Assembly: GCF_000014265.1 (NCBI RefSeq)
Contig: NC_008312.1
Location: 4,860,001 to 4,892,000 of the forward strand
Length of the DNA stretch: 32,000 nucleotides
Source: Trichodesmium erythraeum IMS101
GTDB taxonomy: Bacteria > Cyanobacteriota > Cyanobacteriia > Cyanobacteriales > Microcoleaceae
Reading direction: 5' to 3'
Part shown: one piece after another, positions 1-9,557 of the stretch
Position numbering within the stretch: position 1 is the first letter of the stretch
Layout of the letters: every line of letters starts with the position of its first letter
Program-made: the position numbers and the translations under genes
The notes under the pieces: generated by a model
The model's input: only the letters and a program-made list of their open reading frames with translations
The model's database searches: none
What the model was told of the DNA's origin: nothing

Positions 1-318
1 ATTATTGACCCAGTAAGTGGCTTAGGATAGGGGCCATTTTACCAGAATGACTTTACTATTAAACAACAGAAAGCGCTGTAAATCTTTTGTTTTTAAAGAT
101 GGGGTAATATTTTGACTTGGTTGGGAAAATAAAGGTTCAGAAAAAAGGCCCTTTTTTTGACCAATACCAATCTTTGGTTCTTCTCTTGAGGAAATTTGTT
201 GTCCACCCATATTGGCCCTAATTTCATGCCCATACCCTATTATCTGAAACCCTTATAAAAACACAGTGGATTTTCTAATACAATGCTCCAATAACTAACC
301 TGCTGAAAAAATTCTCAA

Positions 319-2109
319 ATGGCTAAATACTCAACAATACTAGATATCCTAAACCATCGCTCCCAAAATCTTCCCGACCAAATAGCTTATACTTTCTTGC
401 CCGATGGAGAAACTGAGTCTGGTCACTTAACCTATCAACAACTAAATGTCCAAGTACGAGCGATCGCTGCCCACCTCCAATCATTCATTACCCTACAAGA
501 CCGAATATTAGTCATTTATCCCTATACCGCTGGGCTAGAATTTATCGCCAGCTTCTTTGCTTGTATCTGTGCAGGAGCCATCGCCGTCACCAGTAACCCT
601 CCCCTCAACAACGAAGCTATAGCCAAACTCCAAGAAAGAGTCGACTCCTGCCAACCAAAAGCCATCCTCACCACAGAATCTTTTTTACAGCAAATTAAAA
701 AAAAATTAGCGAAAAATCTAGACTTAGCTCCCAAACTCAACCAGTTACCCTGGATCGCTACAGATAAAATATCATCCTCTGAAGCTCCAAAATGGAAAGA
801 ACCAAAAATAGAACCAGACACCCTCGCCTTTTTCCAATATACCTCCGGTTCCACAGGCAAACCAAAAGGAGTAATGGTAACTCACAGCAATATCTTACAT
901 AATTCAGAAATTATTTATCAGTCCTTTGAACATTCAGCAGAAAGTCAAGGGGTAATTTGGTTACCCATGTTCCACGACATGGGACTAATAGGCGGAGTAA
1001 TACAACCTCTATATGGAGGTTTTCCAGTCACTCTCATGTCACCCGTAGCTTTAATTCAAAAACCCATACGTTGGTTAAAAGCAATTTGTAAATACAAAGC
1101 AACAACTAGTGGGGGACCCAACTTTGCTTATGACTTAGTTTCTCGTCAAGTCACCCCAGAACAACTACAAAATTTAGACTTAAGTAGTTGGAGTGTCGCA
1201 TTTTCTGGAGCTGAACCTGTACGAGCTGCAACTTTAGAAAGATTTGCCCATACTTTTGCACCTTGTGGGTTTCAGCGGGAAGCTTTTTATCCTTGTTATG
1301 GAATGGCAGAAACCACTCTATTTATTAGTGGTGGAACAAAAACAAAAGCTCCAGTTATTCAATATGTAGATGCTGAAGCTTTGGCAGAAAATCGAGTTGT
1401 AGTTGGTCGTGAAAACAGCAAGCCAGTGGTTAGTTGTGGTTGGGGTTGGTTGGGTGATGAAATTGCCATAGTTGATCCAAAATCTTTAGCTAGACGTTCA
1501 CAGGGGGAAGTAGGAGAAATTTGGGTATCAGGTGCTGGTGTAAGTAAGGGTTATTGGCAGCAACCAGAAGAAACAGAACAAACTTTTAATGGTTTTTTGG
1601 CAGATAAAGGACCTTTTTTACGGACAGGAGATTTAGGATTTTTACAGGATGGGGAATTATTTATTACTGGTCGAATTAAAGATGTAATGATCTTGTGGGG
1701 TAGGTATCGTTATCCTCAAGATATTGAATTAACTGTGGAAAAATGTCATCCAGCTTTGCGGTCTGGTTGTGGAGCAGCTTTTTCTATAGAGGCAGAAGAT
1801 GATGAGCGGTTAATAATTATTCAGGAGGTAGAGCGTAGTTATTTACGAAATTTGAATTTTGAGGAAGTAGTGGGAGCTATTCGCCAGGCAGTTGCTGAGG
1901 AACATACGGTGGAAGTTTATACTATTAGTTTGTTGAAGACTGGTAGTATTGCCAAAACTACCAGTGGTAAGATTCAACGTCGGTTATGTCGCAGTCAATT
2001 TTTGGAGGGTACTCTAAATTCGGTTGGTAACTGGCAACTTCAAGCTGAAAAGGGTAGTGTATCTGAATTAGCCAATAATTCTAATTATATAGATAGTGAA
2101 AATTCTTAA
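319..2109 (+). CDS. Fatty acyl-AMP ligase (FAAL, FadD32-like; AMP-dependent synthetase/ligase superfamily)
   Basis: 596-aa ORF. It has the adenylation core motif FQYTSGSTGKPKGV, the hinge region RTGDLGF..GELFITGRIKD and the C-terminal TSGKIQR. Length and N-terminus (ILxxRxxxxPDxIAYTFL) are typical of stand-alone FAALs. No fused carrier domain. Confidence 0.88.
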   Translation: MAKYSTILDILNHRSQNLPDQIAYTFLPDGETESGHLTYQQLNVQVRAIAAHLQSFITLQDRILVIYPYTAGLEFIASFFACICAGAIAVTSNPPLNNEAIAKLQERVDSCQPKAILTTESFLQQIKKKLAKNLDLAPKLNQLPWIATDKISSSEAPKWKEPKIEPDTLAFFQYTSGSTGKPKGVMVTHSNILHNSEIIYQSFEHSAESQGVIWLPMFHDMGLIGGVIQPLYGGFPVTLMSPVALIQKPIRWLKAICKYKATTSGGPNFAYDLVSRQVTPEQLQNLDLSSWSVAFSGAEPVRAATLERFAHTFAPCGFQREAFYPCYGMAETTLFISGGTKTKAPVIQYVDAEALAENRVVVGRENSKPVVSCGWGWLGDEIAIVDPKSLARRSQGEVGEIWVSGAGVSKGYWQQPEETEQTFNGFLADKGPFLRTGDLGFLQDGELFITGRIKDVMILWGRYRYPQDIELTVEKCHPALRSGCGAAFSIEAEDDERLIIIQEVERSYLRNLNFEEVVGAIRQAVAEEHTVEVYTISLLKTGSIAKTTSGKIQRRLCRSQFLEGTLNSVGNWQLQAEKGSVSELANNSNYIDSENS

Positions 2110-2639
2110 GGGACAATTTTATTTGAACAGATGGAATTTCTGAGCAACTATTTATTTAATATAGCACTACAAAAAAGTTGGAGTTGTAATACTATTTATC
2201 GTAAATAATGCTACTCATTGAAGGTAGTTAACTAGGGCTGGAAAAACCACAGAAGTTAGTTAATAATAAAATTACATCAATAAATAGTATTTAGAAATAG
2301 AAAATCCAGGTAAAGTACAGTTTTTGATAATTTCTATAATTCCATGCCAATAAAAACATTTCAATTCACAAATAAAACAATTTTTTTATCACATTAACTA
2401 CAAACAAAAATAGCTTTCAGATTACTCTATCAATAAAATCTTTGTTTAGCTCATATCATAAGAGTCAAGAAAACTTTTGAAACCCACATTTCCCAGACGT
2501 AACTCAGATTATAGATATTTTGAAAAAATTCTAGCCATAAAATTTTTCTTTACCTAATTTTCCTAGTTATTGTTAACTGTTTATGTCAAAAAATCGGGAG
2601 TATTTAAGGTTTACTGAAAAAGTCTTGGTGAGGGTTCTT

Positions 2640-2710
2640 CTACGGCAGTACGGAGACGCCGAAGCACAGATAAATGGACTGTTCACTAGGTCCGGTATAG
2701 TCAGAATTTC
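2640..2710 (+). repeat. Diverged copy of the B-type GC-rich module (see 5146-5718)
   Basis: GC-rich island in an AT-rich spacer. GGCAGTACGGAGACGCCGAAGC resembles the B head GGCAGCAGCCTTAGATACGTCAAGC. CACTAGGTCCGGTATAG resembles the B tail CACCTAACAGCCGGGGAG. Confidence 0.4.
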
Positions 2711-3542
2711 CCCCTAATTTTTGGGGCTAGATATGCCATAAATCCTATCCATACATTAAACTTAAGCCATCAAAATTATGGTACTTTTTGAAACTTTTTA
2801 GTTTAGCTAAAGTATAATTTCTGTCAATGCTTTGAGAATTAATCAGTAAAATCTATTAGTAACTTAATTGAATGAGTTTTCACAGATAAATTTTCTCGGG
2901 ATATAAAGGTAGCTATTTCAGTTACAATTAACATCAGAACAGGAGCGAAAAATATTTTCATATCCTCCGAAATTTCTATTTAAAAATATTCTTGATTGCT
3001 TTTAACTTTTTTTCATTTCAAATAAACCCAATCAAATTATTAGATAATATTAACTACAACTATTTCATTTATATTTGACTATTTTTTAACGTTACTCTGT
3101 TAAATTGCAGCCAAGTTGTTGCCAATTTATGTTTACTAATTTTACAGATTGAAACATCAGAAATACCTAACTCATTGTCAGTTTATTTGTGATTTTCTTG
3201 ACTTGATTTCTCCCAGGTAAGCTAATTCTTTTCTTAACTTTTCTGTGACAAAATTTTGGAGTTAACAACACTTTCGTCACAGTTGCTACTCAATCCTCGA
3301 GTATAGAACAATTATTTTGGCTAATTTCAAGAATTATTATATAAACTTTACAAAACAATATAATAATTTTTTTTAATATTAATAATTGATATTTGTCTTA
3401 TTATAAGTGTATAATTATAAGGGCTACGTTATTTGTATATGCTTGATGTATAGCTCAACCAGTAAAAAAAATAGAGTCTGTCAAGCTAAAATAATATAAG
3501 TTAACATAGCATCCAATAATAGTTTGATTTACAACATTAACT

Positions 3543-4007
3543 ATGAAAATTCAAGTAGGAGATCAAGCACCGGAATTTACCTTACCATCCCAAGAAGGAA
3601 CCGAAGTTTCTCTATCTGACTTCCGCGGTAAGAAAAATGTTGTTCTTTACTTTTATCCCAAAGACGATACACCTGGGTGTAAGATACAAGCTTGTACATT
3701 TCGAGATCAATATACCATATTTAAAAATGTTGATGCTGAAATAATTGGCATTAGTGGAGACTCCAAACAATCTCACAAACAATTTTCTACTAAATATAGT
3801 TTACCCTTTACTCTTTTATGTGATACAGACAACAAAGTGAGACAATTGTATGATGTACCTCCTACCCTCTGGATCCTTCCAGGTAGAGCTACTTACGTTA
3901 TAGATAAAGAAGGAATTATCCGTTATATCTGTGACTCTACGTTTGACTTTGAAGTTCACTCCAAAGAAGCGTTAAAAGCGTTAAGAAAGTTAAGAGTCAC
4001 TGTATAA
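3543..4007 (+). CDS. bcp: Peroxiredoxin Q / bacterioferritin comigratory protein (atypical 2-Cys peroxiredoxin)
   Basis: 154 aa. It has the [15 protein letters not shown] motif, with peroxidatic and resolving Cys five residues apart, and the thioredoxin-fold length typical of the PrxQ/BCP family. Confidence 0.9.
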   Translation: MKIQVGDQAPEFTLPSQEGTEVSLSDFRGKKNVVLYFYPKDDTPGCKIQACTFRDQYTIFKNVDAEIIGISGDSKQSHKQFSTKYSLPFTLLCDTDNKVRQLYDVPPTLWILPGRATYVIDKEGIIRYICDSTFDFEVHSKEALKALRKLRVTV

Positions 4008-4114
4008 CATAGCCCAGACGGGAAATCAAATATCAAGGCGCGTGACTGGGACTAATCGCACCTCCAAACTCCTTCTATTATGATGTCCGGACAATTTAAT
4101 ATCAAAAAGTTTTT

Positions 4115-4176
4115 GTTTGTAGTAGAACTTGAGGAGATGAAATATCTATACTGACTCCTCAAAACCTACTACAAAC
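4115..4176. terminator. Long imperfect inverted repeat between convergent bcp and hpf; candidate bidirectional terminator
   Basis: Left arm GTTTGTAGTAGAACTTGAGGAG (4115-4136) and right arm CTCCTCAAAACCTACTACAAAC (4155-4176). They pair 8 bp + 11 bp around a 3-nt internal mismatch. Flanked by AAAAAGTTTTT and TTTAATT. The U-tracts are not ideal. Confidence 0.4.
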
Positions 4177-4217
4177 TTTAATTAGAACTATTAACTGGAC
4201 ATGATATTAAGATAATT

Positions 4218-4865
4218 CTAGATATGAGTAGATTTAAGGCCTGCTGCCTCACCAATACTATCGGATACTTTTCCATTATTACCATTATCATTACCATTAG
4301 GTCGTGGTTGAATTAAACCATAACCACCATGATGGTAACGTTTGTAAATAACATTAATTTCACCTGTTACTCCATTGGAAAACATATAGAAATCATGGTC
4401 AATAAGTTGTAGCTGCTCCAAGGCTTCCTCTACTGTCATACTGGGCATAGGAAAATATTTAGTCCGTACTACTTCACTGGGTAGCTCTGCTTGGCGATCG
4501 CCAATTAAATTCTCCACAACTGGCTGTGATTCAATCAAATCAACAGTTTTAGTTTTATTAACCTTAGATTGACGCTTTTCTTTGTACTTTCTGAGTTGGC
4601 GTGCAATTTTATCTGCTACCAAGTCAATGCTAGCATACAAATTTTCGCTACTTTCCTGGGCACGAATGACTGTACCGTTAGCGTAGATAGTTACTTCTGC
4701 TGTCTGCTTAGGATTTATGCGCGGATTTCGAGCGACTGACAGATGTACATCTACTTCGGTGGTTAGTTGTTGAAAATGATTAACTGCTTTTTCAATTTTT
4801 TGATTAACATATTCGTGAATGGAATCGGTTATTTCTATATTTTTACCCTGGATAACAAGCTTCAT
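4218..4865 (-). CDS. hpf: Ribosome hibernation promoting factor, long form (LrtA-like)
   Basis: 215 aa. The N-terminal S30AE/RaiA domain starts [28 protein letters not shown]. The C-terminal long-HPF dimerisation domain is [26 protein letters not shown]. An extra N/G-rich tail follows. Confidence 0.9.
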   Translation of the reverse strand: MKLVIQGKNIEITDSIHEYVNQKIEKAVNHFQQLTTEVDVHLSVARNPRINPKQTAEVTIYANGTVIRAQESSENLYASIDLVADKIARQLRKYKEKRQSKVNKTKTVDLIESQPVVENLIGDRQAELPSEVVRTKYFPMPSMTVEEALEQLQLIDHDFYMFSNGVTGEINVIYKRYHHGGYGLIQPRPNGNDNGNNGKVSDSIGEAAGLKSTHI

Positions 4866-4998
4866 AAGCTCCCTCCGCTAATATTCTGGGCTTACTATTA
4901 TTATATAAGGATAGCACTTTGTATGATCCCCAGCATCCTATCTTTAGAATCCTTTGCATCCCTTGACAATTCTTGATTTTTTTTGTCCTAGTTTTACC

Positions 4999-5118
4999 AA
5001 AAAATTGAGTTTAAAGCTAGACCCACCCATCAGACGACTTTTTGGTTTTTTTAGATATATACGTTATTATTGTATTAATTAATTGTAGGCAGGTAGTTAC
5101 CAGACAAAAAAGGGACGC
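4999..5118 (+). repeat. A-type module, copy 1
   Basis: AAAAAATTGAGTTTAAAGCTAGAC..GACGACTTTTTGGTTTTTTTAGATATATA..TTAATTAATTG..CAGACAAAAAAGGGACGC. It aligns with 5442-5558 and, in reverse complement, with 22112-22228. Confidence 0.7.
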
Positions 5119-5145
5119 ATCACGCAATATCTTTGACTAGGGTCA

Positions 5146-5233
5146 AGCTAGCAGCAGCCTGTTAAACGTCAAGCAACTGAGGAACTATAGCTCAGTTTTT
5201 TATCCTTGCTTTTATGTCGGAAAGGATATTAAG
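5146..5233 (+). repeat. B-type module, copy B1
   Basis: Head is AGCAGCAGCCTGTTAAACGTCAAGC. It contains a 7-bp hairpin, AACTGAG (5175-5181) / CTCAGTT (5191-5197), and a second one, TATCCTT/AAGGATA. The tail is degenerate: TATGTCGGAAAGGATATTAAG. Confidence 0.55.
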
Positions 5234-5314
5234 AATATAAGTTTTCTCAAGTTACTGAGATTAACTTATTTTTATTATTTTTTATTTTCCGTTTACCGAA
5301 AAATTGATTAAATT

Positions 5315-5434
5315 GAAAACCTCCTCAAGAAGTGAGGGTTCGCCAAGGTGGCAGCAGCCTTAGATACGTCAAGCTTTATCCTATCTAAGGCTCGTTATGA
5401 ATACTCGTGCCTAACAGCGGGGAAGGATGTTAAC
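5315..5434 (+). repeat. B-type module, copy B2
   Basis: Head is GGCAGCAGCCTTAGATACGTCAAGC. It has a perfect 10-bp hairpin, GCCTTAGATA (5357-5366) / TATCTAAGGC (5382-5391). Tail is CCTAACAGCGGGGAAGGATGTTAAC (5410-5434). Confidence 0.6.
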
Positions 5435-5441
5435 AAATTAT

Positions 5442-5558
5442 CGAAAAATTGGGTTAAAAAGCCTAGTCTATAAGCGACTTTTTAGTTTTTTTTGAATACA
5501 TAAGTTGTGATTTAATTAATTAATCGCGACTGGGCAGTCCGAGACAAAAAACGGACAC
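5442..5558 (+). repeat. A-type module, copy 2 (about 443 nt downstream of copy 1)
   Basis: CGAAAAATTGGGTTAAAAAGCCTAGTCTATAAGCGACTTTTTAGTTTTTTTTGAATACATA..TTAATTAATTAATCG..GTCCGAGACAAAAAACGGACAC. It is collinear with copy 1. Confidence 0.7.
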
Positions 5559-5587
5559 GTAAGGCTTAAGTAAGCTATCCTAACCCA

Positions 5588-5718
5588 CCCCCCAAAAGGG
5601 GGTAAGTTCATTAGTCTGTGAAGTGCACAGCGGGTATGTCGTGAAAAACCTCAACCTGCCCTTGAACAACCCAAGGGAGAGCTACCCGCGCACCTAACAG
5701 CCGGGGAGCATTTTAATC
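5588..5718 (+). repeat. B-type module, copy B3; GC-rich structured segment just upstream of lipB
   Basis: It contains a C6-A4-G5 hairpin (5588-5602) and a 7-bp long-range pair, GCGGGTA (5630-5636) / TACCCGC (5683-5689). That pair encloses the hairpin CCCTT..AAGGG (5659-5677). Tail is CACCTAACAGCCGGGGAGCATTTTAATC (5691-5718). Confidence 0.55.
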
Positions 5719-5768
5719 TTCTTTAGGGACGTTCCATAAGAGCGCCTCTACCTATTCTCTACTCTAAA

Positions 5769-6434
5769 ATGACTTCTCAAACTTGCCAGTTAATTTGTCC
5801 AGGATTAACAAAGTATTCGGTGGCCTGGGAATGGCAGCGATCGCTTGTTCAACAACGTCATAATTGTCCAGAATTGGCTGATGTTCTAATATTATTGGAA
5901 CATCCACAGGTTTATACTTTAGGACAAGGGGCAAAATTAGATTTTCTTAAATTCGATCCTACTCAAAATAAATACGAACTCCACCGAGTAGAACGAGGAG
6001 GAGAAGTAACATACCATTGCCCTGGCCAACTGGTAGGTTATCCAATCCTCAACTTAAAACATTATCAGCAAGACTTACATTGGTATCTACGACAATTAGA
6101 AGAAGTATTGATCAAAGTCTTAGATATCTTTGGTCTCAAGGGTGAACGATATCCAGGTTTAACAGGGGTTTGGTTGGAGGGTCGAAAAGTAGGAGCAATT
6201 GGGATTAAAGTTAGCCGTTGGATAACCATGCACGGCTTTGCTCTCAATGTCTCTCCTAATTTAGAAGGTTTTCAAAGGATTGTACCTTGTGGTATTTCTG
6301 ATAAATCTGTAGGTAGTTTGGCTCAGTTTATTCCTAGTATTACTACAGATGAAGTACTTCCTCTAGTAGCTAATGCTTTTGCTAAAGTATTTGGAGTCAA
6401 ATTAGTCAAAAGTACAAATGCTATATTATTTTGA
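5769..6434 (+). CDS. lipB: Octanoyltransferase (lipoyl(octanoyl) transferase)
   Basis: 221 aa. Motifs present: [49 protein letters not shown] and the catalytic Cys context IVPCGI. Confidence 0.92.
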
Positions 6435-6531
6435 CTAGTTATCAGCTTTTAGCAGCTCTGGGCTCAAGCCCCCTTGTCCCTGGCTTAAAAAATTATCCTA
6501 CTGATTATTTGACTAAGTGTTGACTACTTCC

Positions 6532-7038
6532 TTAAAAAGGAATAGGATCAAAATCGTCAGCTGGTAATTCACTCTCTACTAGATCAGTTTTTGATTCTTC
6601 ATTAACAGTAGAGCTAAGACGAGATTTTAAATCTACAACATTACTATATTGTTCTTCCTGTGATTGCTGTTTAGTGAAATTTCTCTTACTGGATTTATTT
6701 GTTGGCATTTGATTTTCATCTTGAGTCATAGCCTCAGAGCTAATAGGATAGATTTTGGAGGCTGTTAATTCAGCTCGTTTTTCTTTAAATCCTTCTGGTC
6801 GTTCAATAGTGTTTATACTTAAGCGGCCTTCAACAATAACATAATCTTCTTGGTGATATTTTTCGTTGACTTGTTCAGCTAAGTCTCCCCACGCTACTAC
6901 TTTTAGTAAAGCAGGTTTATTATTAACTCCTAAATTAGGAAATTCTACTATCATTTCTGCTACTGGCAATTGAGAATCTGCTGTATAGCGCAGTTCTGGA
7001 TCTTTGGTGATTTGTACCATTAATATACAACTATTCAT
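6532..7038 (-). CDS. ssb: Single-stranded DNA-binding protein
   Basis: 168 aa. It has an N-terminal OB-fold (ITKDPELRYT...VVAWGDLAE), a low-complexity linker and the diagnostic acidic tip DDFDPIPF. Confidence 0.9.
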   Translation of the reverse strand: MNSCILMVQITKDPELRYTADSQLPVAEMIVEFPNLGVNNKPALLKVVAWGDLAEQVNEKYHQEDYVIVEGRLSINTIERPEGFKEKRAELTASKIYPISSEAMTQDENQMPTNKSSKRNFTKQQSQEEQYSNVVDLKSRLSSTVNEESKTDLVESELPADDFDPIPF

Positions 7039-7957
7039 TTTAATTTTTGACTAAGAATAACTTGCTTTGAACAAAGGAATATGGATGATATTCTTTGATT
7101 TTACCAATATTCATCTCAACTTATTTATACAATTATGATATCTGAAATAAAATAATTTGTAATTAATTCTCAAATTAATAAAAATAATCAAATTTATACT
7201 AGTTTTTCGATTCTCTTTTCCCTAATCGTAACGATATTTTTATAGATTACTCAAATCTAGTTATAGGTAACTATACAAAATTATTTGCCCAAGAGATGTT
7301 TACACAGTTAGAATTTTAGCTTTGCAAGTGTATAATTTATTTTGTTTAAGCACTTAACTCTCCTCAATAATTGGTGATAAATTGATTACTTGCTTATTTT
7401 TGTATTTCCTAAAAACTGGACTTATCGCTTTCACAGTATCGGGATCCTTTTCTGTATCAAAACATCCGGTTTTTGATGGTATGTATTGCTTTTCTTGGGA
7501 AAGCTTAATACCCTTTAAATCATTAGCTATTTTTGTGTCGTAGCAATGCCGATTAATAGTTGCTTGTTTCTCAAGCTATCGTCCCATCCCTAAGTTTTTA
7601 GTATGACTCTCATGAATGTCTGTATTTTTTGCCACTAAGGAGGTATTTATGAGGGTTGATGTTCCCATTTTCTGCTCCACTAAACCTATGAACATAAACT
7701 CTCCATAACAATCTTATGTTGGTATTATCCAAATATATTCTAACTTTTTGGAAATAGGCAATAGGTCATTAGCAATAGTTTTAAATTTTATTAGTTTTGT
7801 AATTTTTACAACGGTTTTATCGGATTAATATAGATTAAAGCCAGTTTTTTCAATACCTTTAATTATCCTTAAATCTATCAATACTAATTTATACCCTCAA
7901 GGGAAATAATTAGGAATAGCTGAATAAATTAGAACCATAATAATATATTATTTTTAG

Positions 7958-9333
7958 CGGGACTTTAGTGAAAAAATAGTAAAAAAAAGGGTATAATGTA
8001 TACCTGATATGTATTTTACGTTAATTACTGGCCTGGGAAAAGTTTGATGAAAGAAACAACTTCAGTGGCCATGCCCTCTTGTTTCCATCGATGGTGCGAT
8101 CGCTTTAACAATGTCTTTAAAACAAAAGCCCAAAAAACAGGGTTTAGGGAATATATAGGAGGATTACTCTTGAGAAAGCGATCGAAAAAACTTGTCTCAA
8201 ATTGCCAACAACACTGTAGGTCACACGTACCACAAATTACGGCATTTTCTAGTTCGAGCAAATTGGTCTGTAGATGCTGTGAATGAGCGTCGTCTTCAAG
8301 TAATGTGGGAACGTCGCCAAACAAAACCTTCTCGATCCTATTGCTTTAATTATAGACGATTCAGGCCACAGAAAAAGTGGTAATTTTACTGCAGGAGTAG
8401 GGCGGCAATATATAGGAGAAATAGGAAAAACAGATAATGGTGTAGTCGTGGTGACAACTCATCTTTATGATGGAGTTAAAAGTCTACCTTTAGACATAGC
8501 TTTGTATCAGAAAGCTGATTCTTTTCCAAAAGGAAAAAAAGACCCAGAATTTGTCAAGAAACCAGACGAGTGCAATGTCTCTAGTAGATCAATGTTTGTC
8601 CAGAGGACACCAACCAGAAATTGTGTTAATTGAAATTTGGCTATGGTAACAATACATCATTCTTAAATCAACTAGAGAAAAGAAGTTTAACTTATATAGG
8701 AGGATTAGCTAAAAATCGAAAAGTCATCATTAAAAAACAAGATGACATTAAAGAGGAAATTAGATTAGACAAGCTGGCAGAAAGTATACCTCAGAAAGCT
8801 TTCAACTTAGTTCAACTAAGTACAAAAAATGCTAGAGAAGTTTGGGTAGCTACATTAGAAGTAGAAATATCTAGGATGTCAGGTCAAAAAACTATAGCTA
8901 TCGTTATGAATGCTAAAAGTTTTTCTGAGGCCACTGATATTAACTATTATATCACTAATAGAGAAGACAAATATGTAACTCCTGAGTGGATATATTCTAC
9001 TTATTCTCAAAGAAATTGGGTGGAAGTTTTCTACAGGGAAGCCAAAGGATGGTTAGGATTAAGAGAATATCAAGTCAGAGATAAAATCAGCCTTAAAAGG
9101 CATTTTATTTTAGTATTTTGTGCTTATACATTTATTATCTGGCATCAGTTAACAGGAGGTATAAGAAGGCGTTGGGCTAACAAACCATTAAATACGTTTA
9201 CTGATACTTTAGAAGCATTTCGTACCGCAATATCTTATCGTTTTGTTGAGTGGTTAGATGAAAACATCGACGTATTTACCGCTCATAAAGAGAGTTTAGG
9301 GTTTGTTTGGGCTTGAAATTTGCTAAAGTCCCG
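7958..9333 (+). mobile_element. IS701-like (IS4-superfamily) insertion sequence, 1376 bp, with an inactivated transposase
   Basis: Terminal inverted repeats are CGGGACTTTAG (7958-7968) and CTAAAGTCCCG (9323-9333). Identical TTAG tetranucleotides flank them (7954-7957 and 9334-9337) and look like a 4-bp target duplication. The DDE transposase frames lie inside. Confidence 0.85.
8044..9316 (+). pseudogene. IS701-family DDE transposase, interrupted by at least 3-4 frameshifts
   Basis: Homologous reading is split over frames (8044-8286, 8192-8383, about 8343-8633, 8630-9316). Recognisable blocks are LIIDDSGHRKSGNFTAGVGRQYIGEIGKTDNG, GYGNNTSFL and YSQRNWVEVFYREAKGWLGL (the Y-R-E-K signature). Confidence 0.85.
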
Positions 9334-9557
9334 TTAGTTGTGGCTTACCTTGATAAAAGTGTAAAAAAATTACGAAGTTAATATTCAAAACTTGAAAGTT
9401 ACGAAATTAATATTTACTAACAAGTGATTTTTTCCTGACCTGAGTGAGAAAAATCAAGGTAATGTAACTATTAACAATTCCTTATTCCCTACTCCCTAGC
9501 CTTACTAAACAGATTAAAAAAAATCTAATTAATAGCTGATAGCTGATTAATGAATAC

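Noticed and set aside
22-210. 62-aa minus-strand ORF at the window edge
   Set aside because: No recognisable family, no SD, low-complexity composition. It might be real, but I cannot support it from sequence alone.
522-860. Antisense shadow ORFs inside confident genes. They are 522-860, 4767-4976, 6065-6247, 8025-8324, 11309-11512, 13513-13701, 15543-15731, 17960-18172, 18675-19046, 19601-19789 and 26126-26395.
   Set aside because: Each lies wholly or largely within, and opposite to, a longer ORF with clear family motifs. None has a recognisable motif of its own.
2583-2717. 44-codon ORF (MSKNREYLRFTEKVLVRVLLRQYGDAEAQINGLF...) over the GC-rich island
   Set aside because: No SD. The GC-rich part aligns at nucleotide level with the non-coding B modules elsewhere, so the open frame is probably incidental.
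2839-2961. 40-codon minus-strand ORF (MKIFFAPVLMLIVTEIATF...) next to GGAGGA
   Set aside because: The SD-like GGAGGA is only 1 nt from the ATG, which is too close. The ORF is short, hydrophobic and low in information, with no family recognised.
4218-4310. N/G-rich ~28-aa C-terminal tail on HPF ([28 protein letters not shown])
   Set aside because: Low-complexity tails of this kind are common lineage-specific decorations. There is no evidence of functional significance from sequence alone.
5213-5434. GGAAAGGA / GGGGAAGGA tails of the B modules looked reminiscent of glutamine (glnA / Downstream-peptide) riboswitch cores, which also occur in tandem in cyanobacteria
   Set aside because: I could not align the conserved riboswitch core (ACGGAAGUA-type E-loop and pseudoknot partners). 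The neighbouring genes are also not nitrogen-metabolism genes. The resemblance is too thin to call.
7370-7600. Stop-to-stop minus-strand frame of ~68 codons (..ATINRHCYDTKIANDLKGIKLSQEKQYIPSKTGCFDTEKDPDTVKAISPVFRKYKNKQVINLSPIIEES) without an ATG
   Set aside because: It is possibly a gene relic, but it has no start codon, no recognisable family and no supporting neighbouring fragments.
7637-7708. Canonical AAGGAGG SD with a 5-nt spacer and a 19-codon ORF (MRVDVPIFCSTKPMNINSP)
   Set aside because: Good initiation signals, but the peptide is too short and featureless to call without conservation or expression data. Worth a glance in ribosome-profiling data only.
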